Shown one piece after another: positions 10,298 through 19,934 of a DNA stretch of 64,000 bases (position 1 is the first letter of the stretch; every line of letters starts with the position of its first letter). The notes beneath the pieces are model-generated. The model was not told the origin of the DNA and did not search any database. It saw only the letters and a list, made by a program, of their open reading frames with translations. The position numbers were made by a program, and so were the translations under genes. This stretch comes from Minisyncoccota bacterium (GTDB taxonomy: Bacteria > Patescibacteriota > Microgenomatia > UBA1400 > PJMF01). Location: the NCBI GenBank assembly GCA_003173865.1, contig PJMF01000012.1, forward strand, positions 8,908 to 72,907, written 5' to 3'.

Positions 10298-11167
10298 ATG
10301 ACACAAACTGATGGACAAGAAACGAGTTTTGATCCTTTTGCAGGAAAATATCAATACGTGCCAAAAACTAATTATTCACAAGTGAGGTTCCATCACGAAT
10401 ATATAGAAGGAATGAAGTACGTGGGGCAAAAATATATTAACGAGATTTTGCCCGCTATTCATCCCAAAAAAAACGGCAATTATCTTGATATCGGTGGTGG
10501 GTCGGGAGAAGTTGCGGAAGCTTTAGAGCAAATGTATGGGGGTCATACGGTAGTGACTGATATCTCTCCAGCAGGATTAACAATGTTTACCGATAAAAAC
10601 AAGGCTGTATCAGATGCAATACACCAACCTTTTGCTGATGGTTCATTCAATTTAGTTCATCTCAAGGATGTGCTCGTGCATATTGAATCTCATAAAGATC
10701 TATTAAAAGAAATTTTTCGTTTACTGAAAGAAGGAGGTATTGCTGTAGTTACAACGGAAGAACTCAATGAAGGCAAGGCGACGCTATATTATGGATCTGA
10801 GCCAAATGAACGCGCTTCTATAAAAATTGATACACTCCAAGAATACAATGAGATTCTAGAAAGATTAAAAAATGGAGAAAAAGACTCAGAGGTCCTTACA
10901 GCCCATTCAAAAAAAATAAATAAATCAATCCCTCCAGATTGGTCAGCAATAAGCATATCGCCTCCGTTCTTTAAGATTAATTTAGAAGAATTGTTGCAAA
11001 TAGTTACGGAGCTTGGTTTTGAAGTAAAAGATATTAAAGACTATAACTCATCAGGAGATACTGATTGGTATAGAGAGTTAAATCGAAAAGTTGTTATTCT
11101 CCGTAAACCACTAGCATCAGTTAAAGAAAAACAGAAACCTTTCCTTCTAAGAAGCTTATTTAAGTAA
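10298..11167 (+). CDS. Class I SAM-dependent methyltransferase
   Basis: LDIGGGSG, TDISP, PFADGSFNLV and RLLKEGG motifs. Confidence 0.85.
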   Translation: MTQTDGQETSFDPFAGKYQYVPKTNYSQVRFHHEYIEGMKYVGQKYINEILPAIHPKKNGNYLDIGGGSGEVAEALEQMYGGHTVVTDISPAGLTMFTDKNKAVSDAIHQPFADGSFNLVHLKDVLVHIESHKDLLKEIFRLLKEGGIAVVTTEELNEGKATLYYGSEPNERASIKIDTLQEYNEILERLKNGEKDSEVLTAHSKKINKSIPPDWSAISISPPFFKINLEELLQIVTELGFEVKDIKDYNSSGDTDWYRELNRKVVILRKPLASVKEKQKPFLLRSLFK

Positions 11168-11253
11168 TTAATTAGTATTGTTTAACACAATACGTTCGAA
11201 CACTGTCTATCACTACCATCGTGATCAATGTTTGTGATAAACTAAATGATAAT

Positions 11254-11466
11254 ATGTCAAACCCTTTAGAAAATGAAAGACTAGATCGTCCAGGTATGGG
11301 AGGGAGAAAAACAATCTTGTACGAAACTGATCTCGATCTTATTCCTGGAGATAAAGTCGTTGTGACAGAACATAAAAATGATTTAGATAAAAGAATTGAG
11401 AAACCAAGAAGAAAATTAGGAGTGCCACTAGATGACGGAAAACCAAACAACAATGATCAGAAGTAA
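11254..11466 (+). CDS. Small hypothetical protein
   Basis: Short hydrophilic ORF co-oriented with its neighbours; no family recognised. Confidence 0.4.
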   Translation: MSNPLENERLDRPGMGGRKTILYETDLDLIPGDKVVVTEHKNDLDKRIEKPRRKLGVPLDDGKPNNNDQK

Positions 11467-11590
11467 TTAAGATAAGAGAAGGAATTTTCCTTTACTTCAG
11501 GTAGTTAAAACCATTGCACAACATGACTTCAGTTCTTCATCTTCAAAGTAGTGCTCGAAGAGTAATGAAGAGTTTGATATGATCACAAAC

Positions 11591-12313
11591 ATGAATACTG
11601 ATGCTCGTGAACCCACAATGAGTGTATTTCGAGCTGGCAAAGGAAACACTCACGCTGTAGATGTTCCCATCAACGATCTTCAGTTTATTGGTGAAGGAGC
11701 AGTGGGAACTGTACATCGAGTTACCATTTCCCCTAGAAGAGAAGGTTTAGAACCACTTTATTTTGCTTACAAAAAACTAGACAGCTCAGATCCTAACCGT
11801 ATACAAACAGCCTACACCATTCATCAGAAACTTCTTGAGTTACCCCACGGGAGACAGTTCACCGTGCAAACATTCCGTTTTACTGATGAAGGTCTTTTTA
11901 TGACAGATCTATCAGAAGGAGGAAAAAATTTGGTGGTGTCTTCTAATGATCTTGAGAAGGATGTTCTTTTAGAGGCAAGGCAAATCAATAAAAAAAATCC
12001 CAACTTTATCTCAAACTTCGTACAAAAAGAAGACCTTATCGCAAATGAAGAAGAATGGGAGGCTGAGTTTGAAAAACGCGCAGACGTTATAGCCCGCGAA
12101 ACTGCAGAAGCCGGAATTAAATTACAAGGAGATAGTATCTTTTTTGTTATTTATCCTGATGGTGAGTATAGGCTTTTTGTTGTTGATCTTGATAACGTCA
12201 AGTTATACGAAAACTATCCTTCCGACAACCTATATCAAATAAATTTGCGCGAGATTAAAGATTTAAAGCCTCATCTTTTAGGGTTGTGGTTGAGCCTGGA
12301 AAAATTACTCTAA
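11591..12313 (+). CDS. Protein-kinase-like fold protein (atypical)
   Basis: Gly-rich loop IGEGAVGTVHRV, FAYKKL (VAIK-like Lys), hinge LFMTDL and LFVVDLD (DFG-equivalent). Confidence 0.6.
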   Translation: MNTDAREPTMSVFRAGKGNTHAVDVPINDLQFIGEGAVGTVHRVTISPRREGLEPLYFAYKKLDSSDPNRIQTAYTIHQKLLELPHGRQFTVQTFRFTDEGLFMTDLSEGGKNLVVSSNDLEKDVLLEARQINKKNPNFISNFVQKEDLIANEEEWEAEFEKRADVIARETAEAGIKLQGDSIFFVIYPDGEYRLFVVDLDNVKLYENYPSDNLYQINLREIKDLKPHLLGLWLSLEKLL

Positions 12314-12329
12314 ATAAATTCCCCACTTC

Positions 12330-13433
12330 ATGAAAAAAAAGTACTTTCTTATTTTAGTCATTCTGATCTTCTTAGCATGTACTTGGCTGGTCACAAGTGG
12401 CACACTTCTCGCACTCATGGCGAACGGAGCTGATTATGTACTTCGACCCTTGATTGGTGAAAAAAATACAATTAAACTCGAGTCAATCGTGTTTCAGCTT
12501 TCTGACAAAGCTCATCAACTCCACTCACAAAAAATTTCTTCTGCCAAGTCACTCCTCAAAAATACATCAAGCTCTTCTCCCCGTTTGAGAACAGACCTTG
12601 ATTTGAGCCCTGTTGCAAATCCAACAAAATTACCTTCTTTTGAGGGTGAAGGAATCTGGGAGCCCATCCTTTTTGATCAATTTCCCAACGAAGAAGTCAT
12701 GGCTCAAACGGTGATTCACGTTGATAACGATCGTTCGTTTGCGTATGTCGCTTTAGTCAAAATCGATACTCGTAAAATCAAGATTGGTGCAGTTGCGGGA
12801 ACACGTCAACCCGGCGGCCCGATCGGCAATCCGGGAGAAGGAAAAGTTCCAGATGACATTAAACAAAGTGGGAAGTTACTGGCAGCGTTTGATGGAGGAT
12901 TTCAGTATCGTGACGGAGCATATGGCATGATTGTGGACCAAAAAACGTATGTGCCGCTGCGACCAAATTTAGCCACTTTATTTATTGATGAAAATGGTAA
13001 ACCGTCGATGTCTACATATCACGGCGAACCACTTTCCCCACAAACGGCAACAGTTCGTCAAAACGGGGTTCTCTTGGTCGAAAACGGCCAAATTACCCCA
13101 TTTACTGAACCCGGCGCAGACAACTGGGGTCGCACAGTAACCAACTCAATATATACTTGGAGATCTGCTGTAGGTATCACCAGAGATGGCAGTTTACTTT
13201 TTGCAGTCGGTCCCTCATTGCGACCAGATACATTAGCACTAGCCCTGAAAACAGCAGGTGCGGTTACTGCAATGCAGTTAGACGTCAACCCCTATTGGGT
13301 ACGATTTGCTATTTTTCATCCTGCGGAAAATAATACGTATCAATCAACGCCACTCTTGAATGATTTACAGAATGGCGGCTATAGTTATCTTCATGGTTAC
13401 CAAAAAGATTTTTTCTATTTATACGCAAAGTGA
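12330..13433 (+). CDS. Phosphodiester glycosidase (NAGPA-like) family, membrane-anchored or secreted
   Basis: N-terminal hydrophobic segment; AAFDGGF, WRSAVGIT.DG and AMQLDVN motifs. Confidence 0.75.
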   Translation: MKKKYFLILVILIFLACTWLVTSGTLLALMANGADYVLRPLIGEKNTIKLESIVFQLSDKAHQLHSQKISSAKSLLKNTSSSSPRLRTDLDLSPVANPTKLPSFEGEGIWEPILFDQFPNEEVMAQTVIHVDNDRSFAYVALVKIDTRKIKIGAVAGTRQPGGPIGNPGEGKVPDDIKQSGKLLAAFDGGFQYRDGAYGMIVDQKTYVPLRPNLATLFIDENGKPSMSTYHGEPLSPQTATVRQNGVLLVENGQITPFTEPGADNWGRTVTNSIYTWRSAVGITRDGSLLFAVGPSLRPDTLALALKTAGAVTAMQLDVNPYWVRFAIFHPAENNTYQSTPLLNDLQNGGYSYLHGYQKDFFYLYAK

Positions 13434-13512
13434 GAACGGACGATTGCAATCTTAAACATCTGAGGTAAACTGAGAATTTGCTGAAAAGGCAGGCTGCTAA
13501 CAAGTTTTTAAT

Positions 13513-14346
13513 ATGCGTTACTTAATCATTAATGCTGACGACTTTGGCATGAGCCAAGAGATTAACGAAGGCATCAAGCGGGGCATCGAAGCAGGTGTGA
13601 TCACCAGCGTTTCGGTCATGGTGAACATGCCATTTGCCGATGACGCAATCAAGTTTTTAAAAAAACATCCTGAAGTCTCTGTTGGATTACATTTTAATAT
13701 CACCGAAGGATCCCCAACTCTCAAACCAAAACAAATTACGACTTTGCTGAGGGAAGATAATAGTTATTTTCACTGGAGTTCTTTAGTTATTAAATTGCTG
13801 CTCGGTCAATGTTCTTTAGACGAAATTAATCTGGTGCTCATCAGTCAATATCGGAAGTTGAAGAGTACCGGCCTGAAAATTACACATTTAGATAGTCATC
13901 ATCACATTCATCTATTTCCCACCATTTTTAAAGGATTTGTTGACTTTGCGCATCGGGAAAAAGTAGCTGCACTGCGGTCGCGCCGATTTAATCTCTGGAA
14001 CTTAACGAGCAGTCTACGTAAAGGAATCACTTCCAAACAATGTTTAATTTTATCGATGTGTCTTTTTAATAATTTCTTTACTAAGAACTCGCTTGACCTC
14101 TCCGGCGGAAATAGCATCTACGACTTAAACTGGGATCCTAATCTCACTGAAGCAAAGTTTCTCCGCATTATCCAAAACTTCGGCCCTGGTGTAACGGAAA
14201 TCATTTGTCATCCTGCCATCGCAAGTAAAGATGGCAACGAAAAGTTTTTACGACCCAGAGAACGTGGGCTTAACTTACTGCTTAGTCCAGCCTTTTTAGC
14301 AGAGTTGAAAAAAAATAAAATCAAGTTAATTTCTCGAAACGCCTAG
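13513..14346 (+). CDS. ChbG/HpnK (YdjC) family carbohydrate deacetylase
   Basis: LIINADDFG, VGLHFNITEG, HLDSHHHIH and EIICHP motifs. Confidence 0.92.
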   Translation: MRYLIINADDFGMSQEINEGIKRGIEAGVITSVSVMVNMPFADDAIKFLKKHPEVSVGLHFNITEGSPTLKPKQITTLLREDNSYFHWSSLVIKLLLGQCSLDEINLVLISQYRKLKSTGLKITHLDSHHHIHLFPTIFKGFVDFAHREKVAALRSRRFNLWNLTSSLRKGITSKQCLILSMCLFNNFFTKNSLDLSGGNSIYDLNWDPNLTEAKFLRIIQNFGPGVTEIICHPAIASKDGNEKFLRPRERGLNLLLSPAFLAELKKNKIKLISRNA

Positions 14347-14349
14347 ACT

Positions 14350-15876
14350 CTATACAAATCCTGGAAAGTAATCTTTTTTAATCCGCTGACGCTGTACCCC
14401 CATACCTAATAAAACACTTTCGTACGCTTCAACCATTGCGTGCGGACCTGAAAGATAAAAAAATCGCTCAGCAAAATCGGGAACTTCTTCTTTAATCATG
14501 GCGTCATTAATTCTCCCCACTTTTCCTTTCCAATCTTTTGGAACAGTTTCCAAATCAGTTAAGGTATAAACAACTTTAATGCCCAGTTGGGTTTCAGCTT
14601 GAGAAAATACGTCACTATACGCAATCTCTTTTGCTTCTTTATTCGCATAAAAAAGAATGATTGGCCGCGGTTCGTTTTTATCAAGTAGGTGCTTCAACAT
14701 GCTTCGAAATGGTGTTACTCCGATACCACCAGCGATAAAGACGCATTTTTGCTGCGGATTTTCGGGCAGTGTAAAGTCTCCCGAAAGTTGAGCCCCAACG
14801 ATCAGAGTGTTTTCGTTCATTTGCGACATTGCCTTTTTATATGAACTGCCTTTAGGATAAAACTTGACTCCTAAGTGAATCATGTCTTCACTGGGTGAAG
14901 ATGCAATCGTGAAGTAACGGCGATTTCCTCGATCGTCAGAACGCCGGTGAGGCAACGTCCACTCCATGTATTGTCCCGGATTAAAAACAAAATTTTTAGG
15001 TCTCTCAAATTGAAAATCCACTACGTCATCCCCATACTTCACCTGATTTTTAAGCTGCAACATTAATTTAAATTTGGGACTCACAAAATAAGAAAAAATA
15101 TTTCCGATTCCCAGCGCAACTTCCGGCGTTGAGTAAAATTGGGCGATATGAATTTGCGGCGCGAACAAAAAACCAACCAATGCTCCGTAGATCATCTGCA
15201 GTTTTTGAGTGGGAGGTGTCGTCAACGGCTCTGTTAACATGACAAAGGCCAAGAAAAAAAGTGGCGAGTCAAGTGCAACTGTTTTTACGGTTGTCATGAC
15301 GTTTCCACCACTCAGCAAAGTTAAACCAAATATAGTAGCTATCGCGAAAACAAAAAAAGCTGCCACCAACCGAGCGCGACGCATTTTTCGTATTAACAGT
15401 GCTCCTCCAATAATCACAAATGGAGCAAGTAACGCTGTTCCTATCCACCAGCTTGCCGCAACATTGAGCCCAAAAGAAATCAACACCACTCCCACCACGA
15501 CGGGATTAAAAAAATGCTTTTTATGGAAAGCAAAAATATACTTAGAGGCCATCGTCAAGATAGAGGCCCAAAAAAGCACCGGCACTTCAGATATATTTTT
15601 GGCGGGATCAAGAATTAAAACGAGTATCAGCGCCGAAATAAACACCGACTCCACGTTAGTGGGCGCCGAAAAAATCATCGCGAAAATCTCATTTACCAGC
15701 CAGCACACCACTACAATAAATTCAGCTGACAGCAGCAACGAAAGAGCTGAAAAAGGCATAAGGCCAAAAAGAGCAAAAATAAAGGCGATGATCACGAGGA
15801 CAATTAAGTAATACAAAACCAAACGATACATCGTAATGAAGTTCAAAAAGTTATCGATTTTTTCCAGTACGTTCAT
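14350..15876 (-). CDS. RnfD/NqrB-like membrane domain fused to an FNR-type FAD/NAD(P)H reductase
   Basis: TM region with SKY...H.FNP and MLTEPLTTP; C-terminal F.PGQY, RYFTIASSP, AGGIGVTPFRSM and YLSGP..MV. Confidence 0.88.
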   Translation of the reverse strand: MNVLEKIDNFLNFITMYRLVLYYLIVLVIIAFIFALFGLMPFSALSLLLSAEFIVVVCWLVNEIFAMIFSAPTNVESVFISALILVLILDPAKNISEVPVLFWASILTMASKYIFAFHKKHFFNPVVVGVVLISFGLNVAASWWIGTALLAPFVIIGGALLIRKMRRARLVAAFFVFAIATIFGLTLLSGGNVMTTVKTVALDSPLFFLAFVMLTEPLTTPPTQKLQMIYGALVGFLFAPQIHIAQFYSTPEVALGIGNIFSYFVSPKFKLMLQLKNQVKYGDDVVDFQFERPKNFVFNPGQYMEWTLPHRRSDDRGNRRYFTIASSPSEDMIHLGVKFYPKGSSYKKAMSQMNENTLIVGAQLSGDFTLPENPQQKCVFIAGGIGVTPFRSMLKHLLDKNEPRPIILFYANKEAKEIAYSDVFSQAETQLGIKVVYTLTDLETVPKDWKGKVGRINDAMIKEEVPDFAERFFYLSGPHAMVEAYESVLLGMGVQRQRIKKDYFPGFV

Positions 15877-16673
15877 AGCTTTGCCTTGTTCAATGCGGAC
15901 TGCAGTGAAGTGATAAATGCTTGACTCGTGGCAGTCGCACTTGTCACGATATTGACCTGTGCGCTTTGCGCTTGAATTGCTTCTTGTTGGAGGATTGGCA
16001 TTGCAGTGGCATTCAACATTCTCGAGTGATTGACCTTATCTGGATACTGTAAAAATTGAACGTTCATGATCTTGCCATTTTGAATACTAGCCTGGACTTG
16101 TACGTTTCCGTAGTATGCGTCAACCACATCTCCCACGAATAGACCATCACTATATCCACTTGCTGGCCGAGGGGTAGGTGTTGGCCACGGCGTTGGCTCA
16201 GGCGTGGGAATAACAAAGTATGTCGGGTAAGGCGTTGGTGTGGGAAACGGGGTTGGTTGAGAAGTTGGCCAAGGAGTGGCCTGATACGTAGGATATGGAG
16301 TAGATCGAGGTGTCGCCGTGGGAAATGGTGTTGAAAACGGTGTGGGGTAATACGTAGGCCGCGGAGTGTTTGTGTATGAGACGAGCCTTGGTGTCGGAAT
16401 TGGTTTCGGTGTAGGTGGAAGTGTGACTAAAACCGGAGCTCCAGATAAATCAGGGGACGGTGAAGGAGAAGAAAAAGTATCTGAAGAACTCTCGGCATCG
16501 CTTGCGTCAGAAGAATCACTCAAAGTCGGAGTTGGCGAGGGAAAGTTCGTTAAGGTATTTTGATTGGGAGTTGCAATCAGCGAAGCAGCAAGCCTACTCT
16601 CCTGCCGACGATAAAGCAAAGAATAAAAAGTAAATACTCCAAGTACACTAAAAGAAAAAATGAGTTTTTTCAT
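15873..16673 (-). CDS. Membrane-anchored FMN-binding-domain protein with a long Pro/Thr-rich stalk
   Basis: N-terminal TM; PTP[YFW]PT repeats; C-terminal YSDG.F.G...YYGNVQV...GKI...VTSATATS..F..SLQSAL. Confidence 0.85.
   Translation of the reverse strand: MKKLIFSFSVLGVFTFYSLLYRRQESRLAASLIATPNQNTLTNFPSPTPTLSDSSDASDAESSSDTFSSPSPSPDLSGAPVLVTLPPTPKPIPTPRLVSYTNTPRPTYYPTPFSTPFPTATPRSTPYPTYQATPWPTSQPTPFPTPTPYPTYFVIPTPEPTPWPTPTPRPASGYSDGLFVGDVVDAYYGNVQVQASIQNGKIMNVQFLQYPDKVNHSRMLNATAMPILQQEAIQAQSAQVNIVTSATATSQAFITSLQSALNKAKL
16166..16538 (-). repeat. Degenerate coding repeats encoding Pro/Thr/Ser-rich units (xTP[YFWRE]PT)
   Basis: The translation shows TPFPT, TPYPT, TPWPT, TPFPT, TPYPT, TPEPT and TPWPT; boundaries are approximate. 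Confidence 0.7.
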
Positions 16674-16762
16674 TCGTGTAAAAAGTATATGTCATTTCGG
16701 ATTCTAGGAAAAGGAAAAGATCTAGTTGAACAAACTCTTTTTGCCGAATAGAATTGATGTAT

Positions 16763-17899
16763 ATGTCTAAATCCTCTTTTTCAATCTCTGATTCTTTTAG
16801 TAAAGCGTGGGAGGCCTTTAAGTCTCATTTTGCAGATATCATGCTGGCGGGAATTGTGGTATTTTTTTGTTCGATTCTTATTGGTGTTTTGGGCAGACTT
16901 TTCTTTGGTTCTCTTCCCGCTCAAGTTATTTACCGCATTGTCAGCGCCGTTCTAAGTGCCTTTTTAAGTATCGGATTGATTAAGATTGGGCTTGGAGCTT
17001 TACGTGGAGGATCAACTGATCTTTCTCAATTTCAGCAGCCAGTAAGCAAAGCAGTGAAGTATGTCGTTGCGTCGTTCATGTTTTCAGCGGTCATGCTTCT
17101 GGGTATCATTTGTTTTATCATTCCAGGTGTGTATTTTGCGCTCCGATATCAGTTTGTATTTGTTCTTATTGCCGATAAAGATGTCGGAATCTTAGAAGCG
17201 TTTGCCATGAGTTCGCAGATGACAAAAGGTTCCAAACTTGATTTGTTTGGTTTGGCGATCATGAACTTAGTAGTAAATGTTTTGGGATTTTTCGCGCTCC
17301 TAATTGGTCTTATTGTGACTATTCCGGTAACTCAACTCGCTAAATTGGCTGCGTATCAACAATTAATACCTAAAGTTAACAAATCATTGCTCCCACAGCA
17401 AAAAAAGAATGATCAAAATATTTTCGTGCTTGTACTTCTCTTCTTGATTGTGGTTGCGTTTGCTTCTGTATTTGCGTGGAAAGCCTTTCTGCAAAATCGC
17501 CATGTTTTTCAGTCAGCAGAATCACTCGGCATCCCTACTTACCCTCCCAGCCTAAGTGCCGGTACCTCAAACCCAAGTTCAAGTACTCAACTTTTTTACA
17601 ATTGGTATCTTGCTTGTAATAAGGCTCATCTAAACTGTCTGGATAAACTAAGTTTATTTGCTGTCGATGGTAGTTTGGCTAGTCAATTTCTTCCCAAACG
17701 AGCTCTTGATCCAATTGTCTGTGCTCAAGACATGCCACGTTCAGTTGAAGTAATAGGTCAGAGTCTTTATCCAAGTGGTAATCAGGCTACTATTTACGCA
17801 AATGGAAACTTTGATAGCGGAATCGTTACTCATATGTCGGTCCTCACGACGAAAGTCAACGGGGCGTGGAAAATTCAAAACGTGACGTGTTCGAAGTAG
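16763..17899 (+). CDS. Membrane protein (DUF975/YciC-like N-terminus) with an extra TM and a Cys-containing extracellular domain
   Basis: IIPGVYFALRYQF...GILEAF..S.QMTKG; C-terminal FYNWY...DPIVCAQD.P...NGAWKI.NV.C resembles DUF3828-like domains. Confidence 0.55.
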   Translation: MSKSSFSISDSFSKAWEAFKSHFADIMLAGIVVFFCSILIGVLGRLFFGSLPAQVIYRIVSAVLSAFLSIGLIKIGLGALRGGSTDLSQFQQPVSKAVKYVVASFMFSAVMLLGIICFIIPGVYFALRYQFVFVLIADKDVGILEAFAMSSQMTKGSKLDLFGLAIMNLVVNVLGFFALLIGLIVTIPVTQLAKLAAYQQLIPKVNKSLLPQQKKNDQNIFVLVLLFLIVVAFASVFAWKAFLQNRHVFQSAESLGIPTYPPSLSAGTSNPSSSTQLFYNWYLACNKAHLNCLDKLSLFAVDGSLASQFLPKRALDPIVCAQDMPRSVEVIGQSLYPSGNQATIYANGNFDSGIVTHMSVLTTKVNGAWKIQNVTCSK

Positions 17900-17991
17900 G
17901 TGCGGACGAAACCGTGCTGGTTCTGTACTTTTCTTGACCCAGAAGGAAATTGTTGGCAATTTGTGGGAAAGCGGGAGTAAAATACAGGATC

Positions 17992-18183
17992 ATGACGAAT
18001 GCTGAATTTTCTCCTAATTTCACAAGTGCAGTTGCACTTTTAAATAAGGAAAGCCTATCTTTGGAAGAGCAAATAATACTGATGACGCTAAAAAAGTCAC
18101 TTACCCCTAAAGAGAAAATCAAACTTTCAATGGTCGAGTACATTGCAGGAAACAAAAAAAGATTTTTAGATCAAAATAAATAA
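17992..18183 (+). CDS. Small hypothetical protein
   Basis: 63-aa ORF with TAAAAT 8 nt upstream of the ATG; no family recognised. Confidence 0.4.
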   Translation: MTNAEFSPNFTSAVALLNKESLSLEEQIILMTLKKSLTPKEKIKLSMVEYIAGNKKRFLDQNK

Positions 18184-18237
18184 GTATCTAACACAACCTC
18201 ATTGCACTTCCGCCCAAAACCATTTATCCTTTTAGTA

Positions 18238-19881
18238 ATGCCCTTTACTCCTGACGCAACGCATCCAATTGCTTTTTTTTGTGCTGAGTTTGGTGTTGAT
18301 TCTGCGCTTCCTATCTATGCCGGTGGACTTGGAGTCCTTGCCGGCGACATTCTCAAAGAGGCCGCTGATCAAAACTTACCGTATGTTGGTGTAGGTCTTC
18401 TCTATCGCGGTGAAGGTGCAGTTCAAGAAATTTCCTCAGAGGGTGAACAAATTGAAAAGAACTACTCATTCGATCCCTTAAGCCTTGGACTCGAGCATGT
18501 GTACCTCGATGAAATGCCACTTTTTATTAAAGTGCATTTAACTCAACTCGATATTTGGGTGCGTTGTTGGAAGAAAAAAATTGGTGAGACGGTAACGCTC
18601 TATCTCCTCGACACAGATACGGAACAAAATCATGCGAGCGACAGACGCATTGCCCATGCGCTGTATGCGGGTTCAGAAGAAGAGGTGATTAAGCAGCAAC
18701 TCATTCTAGGAATTGGCGGGGTAAAGTTACTGCATGCGTTAGGCATTCATCCAAGTCTCTATCATGTCAATGAAGGTCGACCTGCATTTTTACATTGGCA
18801 GTTAATTCGGAGTCACATGGATGAAAATGGAATGAGCTTCAAAGATGCCAACGAACTTGCTCGGCAAAAAACCGTGTACACCAACCACACGCTTGTAGAA
18901 GCTGGCAATCAACAATTTACTGCACATTTTTTACGCGCATACGGGACATACTACGCAAAGCGCATGGGTGTTGAAATTGATGATCTTTTAAAGCCGGGCT
19001 TAGATCAAAGTGGTGAACACTTTAGCATTACCGAGTACGCGTTAAATACTTCTCGCAAAGCATCTGCTGTGAGTCAGCTGCACTATCAATTTTGTCAACA
19101 GCAATGGCCCACTGCACATTGGGTCGGGATTACAAATGGTATTCATTTGCCAACTTGGCAAAATTCTGAAGTGGCTACTCATCTGCATGACCCAAATCAA
19201 TTGTGGTTTGCTCATCTTGGACTCAAGCGCCGAACCATGGAGTACATTCAAAAAAGAACCGGCTTTGGGTATGATCCCAATCGCCTCGTTCTCACTTGGT
19301 CACGCAGAATTGCAGGATATAAACAAATTGACGGATTATTTGCTGATTTGCAAAGATTGAAATCAATTCTGTCAGTTTCTAATAAACCCGTCCAACTCTT
19401 AATTGCCGGGAAAGCTCACATCTACGATACAGCCGCTAAAAAAACATTACAAAAAATCATTCACTACCTGCAAACAGATCTGAGTGGCTATGCGCTTTTT
19501 ATTCCCAACTTAGATATTGAGCTCGATCAAATGCTCGTCAGTGGCTCTGACGTTTGGTTGAACACACCGGAATACGGCAAAGAAGCATCGGGAACTTCCG
19601 GCATGAAGGCGTTATCAAACGGTGTTTTACAATGCACCGTCGCTGACGGTTGGGCAAACGAAGTTGAGTGGAACGGAATCGGTTGGAAACTTGATCCGCA
19701 TCATTTATCAGAAAGTTTTTATCACTTTATGGAAAGAGATATTCAACCACTTTTTTATGCACGTTCGAGTGAAAGAGTTCCCCTTGAATGGGTGCGCCGC
19801 ATGCAAGAAAGCATTCAACTTTCTTCAAAGTTCTCAGCAACGCGAATGATCAAGCAATATTGTGATGAGCTCTACTCATAA
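18238..19881 (+). CDS. glgP: Alpha-glucan phosphorylase (short form)
   Basis: FCAEFG, YAGGLGVLAGD, HVNEG, ITNGIH, RRIAGYK, AGKAH and EASGTSGMKA..NG (PLP Lys) motifs. Confidence 0.93.
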   Translation: MPFTPDATHPIAFFCAEFGVDSALPIYAGGLGVLAGDILKEAADQNLPYVGVGLLYRGEGAVQEISSEGEQIEKNYSFDPLSLGLEHVYLDEMPLFIKVHLTQLDIWVRCWKKKIGETVTLYLLDTDTEQNHASDRRIAHALYAGSEEEVIKQQLILGIGGVKLLHALGIHPSLYHVNEGRPAFLHWQLIRSHMDENGMSFKDANELARQKTVYTNHTLVEAGNQQFTAHFLRAYGTYYAKRMGVEIDDLLKPGLDQSGEHFSITEYALNTSRKASAVSQLHYQFCQQQWPTAHWVGITNGIHLPTWQNSEVATHLHDPNQLWFAHLGLKRRTMEYIQKRTGFGYDPNRLVLTWSRRIAGYKQIDGLFADLQRLKSILSVSNKPVQLLIAGKAHIYDTAAKKTLQKIIHYLQTDLSGYALFIPNLDIELDQMLVSGSDVWLNTPEYGKEASGTSGMKALSNGVLQCTVADGWANEVEWNGIGWKLDPHHLSESFYHFMERDIQPLFYARSSERVPLEWVRRMQESIQLSSKFSATRMIKQYCDELYS

Positions 19882-19934
19882 TCCTCATAAATTGTGCTAT
19901 TCTAATCTTAACTACTTGTAGATTAGGGGCACAT

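Noticed and set aside
9227-13500. Integrative element or prophage at tRNA-Gln
   Set aside because: No integrase, phage genes or duplicated tRNA 3' end were seen.
15209-15811. 200-aa plus-strand ORF and the many other short overlapping ORFs in the six-frame track
   Set aside because: They are antisense or out-of-frame shadows of well-supported genes and have no recognisable motifs.
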